Shown here piece by piece: positions 61,699 to 64,000 of a stretch of DNA of 64,000 nt. The DNA comes from Octopus sinensis. Taxonomy: Eukaryota. Location of the stretch: positions 27,280,001 to 27,344,000 of the forward strand of contig NC_043006.1 of assembly GCF_006345805.1 (NCBI RefSeq). The letters are read 5' to 3'. The number at the start of each line of letters is the position of its first letter. Position 1 is the stretch's first letter. The position numbers and the translations under genes were made by a program. A model generated the notes under the pieces. The model did no database searches. It was not told where the DNA came from and saw nothing but the letters and a program-made list of their open reading frames with translations.

Positions 61699-63015
61699 AT
61701 GGAGGAGATTAATCGCATAGACACTTCTAACACAACTGTTTTTACGAATGTAGATTCAGTTACACAGACTTACAGTGGTGGGAAACGTTTATGTGGCAAA
61801 ACATTTTCTAAACAAAGAAATATTTCTGAATATCGTTGTCAGATTTGTAGGAAAATATTCTCTTCAGAAAACGAAGTCATCACACACAGAGAAATACATA
61901 ATAAAGAAAAACGTTATTATTGTGAAGTATGTGGGAAAAATTTTGTCTCTAACAAAAAATTAACAATACACAAACGTATTCATACTGGAGAGAAACCTTA
62001 TCACTGTAAAATATGTGGAAAATCATTCTCTGTTAATTCCAATCTAATAGTTCATAAAAGGATACACTCTGGGAAAAAACCCTATCATTGTGAAATCTGT
62101 GGGAAATCCTTCATTCAGAATTCTCATCTTGTAGTTCACAAGTCGATACATACAGGAGAAAAACCTTATTACTGTGAAATTTGTGGCAAGTCTTTTGCCT
62201 CTAACAGTAATGTAAGAAAACACATAAGATTGCACACTGGTGAAAAATCGTTTCAGTGTGAAATATGTGGGAAATCTTTCATTGAGAATTATCCGCTTGT
62301 TCTCCATAAACGTAGTCACACTGGAGAAAAACCCTTCCACTGTGAAATATGTGGCAAATCTTTCATTGAGAATTATCACCTTCTTATCCATAAACGCAAT
62401 CACACAGGGGAAAACCCCTTCTACTGTGAAATATGTGGCAAATCTTTCGCTCATAATTCAGGTCTTGTTATTCACAAGCGTAGTCACACTGGAGAAAAAC
62501 CCTTCCATTGTGAAATTTGTGGGAAATCATTCTCTGTTAATTCTAGTCTTGTGGTTCACAAACGGAGACATACTGGAGAAAAACCTTATTGCTGTGAAGT
62601 ATGTTCGAAATCTTTTATCACACACACTCTATTAAAAACACACCAGCAAATACATACTGGAAAAAACATGTTTCATTGTGAAATATGTGGGAAAACTTTT
62701 CTCCATAATGCTAATTTCATCAGACACAAAATAATTCACTCTGGAGAAAAACCTTATCATTGTGAGACGTGTGGGAAATCTTTTATCCAGAATAGTGACT
62801 TAACCAAACACAAACGAACACATACTGGGGAAAAACCGTTCCACTGTGAAATATGTTTGAAATCATTTGCTGTTAAATCTAATCTTGTGGTTCACAAAGC
62901 AATACACTCTGGAGAAAAACCCTTCCACTGTGAAATATGTGCAAAATCATTCTCTGATAATTCTACTCTCAAAAGACACAAAAACATACACACCAAAAAG
63001 AAGCCTTTTGAATGA
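61699..63015 (+). CDS. C2H2 zinc-finger protein ZNF-E (14 fingers, CEIC type, different subfamily)
   Basis: The ORF track starts at TTG 61684; the first in-frame ATG is 61699 (MEEINRIDTS). 14 C2H2 repeats; candidate acceptor cttctcag ending 61672. Confidence 0.92.
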   Translation: MEEINRIDTSNTTVFTNVDSVTQTYSGGKRLCGKTFSKQRNISEYRCQICRKIFSSENEVITHREIHNKEKRYYCEVCGKNFVSNKKLTIHKRIHTGEKPYHCKICGKSFSVNSNLIVHKRIHSGKKPYHCEICGKSFIQNSHLVVHKSIHTGEKPYYCEICGKSFASNSNVRKHIRLHTGEKSFQCEICGKSFIENYPLVLHKRSHTGEKPFHCEICGKSFIENYHLLIHKRNHTGENPFYCEICGKSFAHNSGLVIHKRSHTGEKPFHCEICGKSFSVNSSLVVHKRRHTGEKPYCCEVCSKSFITHTLLKTHQQIHTGKNMFHCEICGKTFLHNANFIRHKIIHSGEKPYHCETCGKSFIQNSDLTKHKRTHTGEKPFHCEICLKSFAVKSNLVVHKAIHSGEKPFHCEICAKSFSDNSTLKRHKNIHTKKKPFE

Positions 63016-63312
63016 AACATGAGAAATCTTTCTCTTCTATAAACAAGTACACCTTGTAGAATATATGAATATATTGGAAATCATTCTCAATAAATTCTCG
63101 GCGTTTATATCTATGAAAATGCTCTTCATTGAGATAAGCCCTATCATGTAAATATTTGGAAAATCTTTTTTTATTGGATCACACACTTGTTGAGAAATGA
63201 GTACGCAAGAAAAAATATCTAGCAAAGTTTGTTGAAAATCATTCCAAAGTCAGTCTACACTTGTAATCCACAGTTGAATAGTGGCTAGAGAAAAATTATC
63301 ATTGTGAATCAT
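63016..63312 (+). pseudogene. Decayed zinc-finger repeats downstream of the ZNF-E stop codon
   Basis: Remnants gagaaatctttctct, ggaaatcattctcaataaattct, gataagccctatcat and KVC*KSFQSQSTLVIHS*..REK, with stops and frameshifts. Confidence 0.7.
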
Positions 63313-64000
63313 CATCATTTTATATTCACTTTCAATGAGTTGGACAGGACATCACAGTATTAATCAGTTCTTATCAGGAATTACTGCAACAAGCAGGGGT
63401 TGAAACATGTTAAAGTAGAAAGTTGAAAATAGAATGTAGTGGGTGCATTTAGTCAACCCCACCCCCCCTCAGCATTAGTGGGGGTTACTTACCTTGTGTG
63501 CCATAACAACAGAGTTCTCACTACCCTATGATGTATTCATTCACTCAAATTAATGTGTCCATAATTACATCACCAGGGTAATGCAGTAAATAAAAGTGGG
63601 GGATGAATGACGGGAAGAGAAAGGCTAATCATATGGTTTATCAGATGCTACCTTCCTTTGTTGCACTGATAAAATTAATACAAATAGAAAGAAAATGGAA
63701 AGATAGTGAATGTTGTGGAAATGAGTAAGGGTGAGAGTGACGAGCACTAGAAAGTTTGTCATGCCTTGTTTCTACTCCATTCCCCAACCACTGAACAGAG
63801 TGCATTGAATGCTTTTTACTTATTTATTTTTTTTTTGCTCTGTATACTTTACAGAGTGTACAAGGTGAATGTAATTGTGGCCCCAAACTGGAGAGGTTTC
63901 TTTTTGCCTGACAAGACTAAAGGGTTATCACTACTCTTTTCTTTGTTCATTCACTCAATATTGATAGAGTGATCCCAGAAGAAACCCAGAATGAATGAAT

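Noticed and set aside
4075-62635. Alternative-frame and antisense ORFs inside the ZNF genes (4075-4278, 45355-45585, 62044-62454, 62240-62635)
   Set aside because: Expected by-products of 84-bp periodic finger codons.

Overview
AT-rich, microsatellite-rich eukaryotic DNA. The SINE families and the style of the zinc-finger genes fit an octopod cephalopod; this is an inference, as no database search was run. The window is a tandem C2H2 zinc-finger (ZNF) gene cluster embedded in transposon relics. Four intact single-coding-exon ZNF ORFs are present: ZNF-A 3345-4862 +, ZNF-B 15135-16781 +, ZNF-D 44462-46405 -, and a divergent ZNF-E 61699-63015 +. There is also one pseudogene, ZNF-C (~31160-32364 +). 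A, B, C and D share finger order and non-coding signals; A, B and D also share a short KRAB-less N-terminal leader, which C has lost. Intergenic DNA contains relics of mariner, Tc1, piggyBac, Helitron, Penelope, RTE, HERO-type LINE, gypsy and SINE elements, a solo LTR, and several local duplications. The most notable observations are: (1) an open ORF fusing a mariner transposase HTH domain in frame to the last finger of ZNF-C, directly behind a strong splice acceptor; (2) an identical 13-nt splice-donor motif upstream of B, C and D, which points to a shared non-coding first exon; (3) a (TA)n tract just after the ZNF stop codon that marks a 2027-bp tandem duplication, a Penelope insertion and an inversion; (4) long fold-back mariner derivatives downstream of both A and B. 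No rRNA, tRNA or CRISPR features were seen. Element calls come from motifs recognised by eye.
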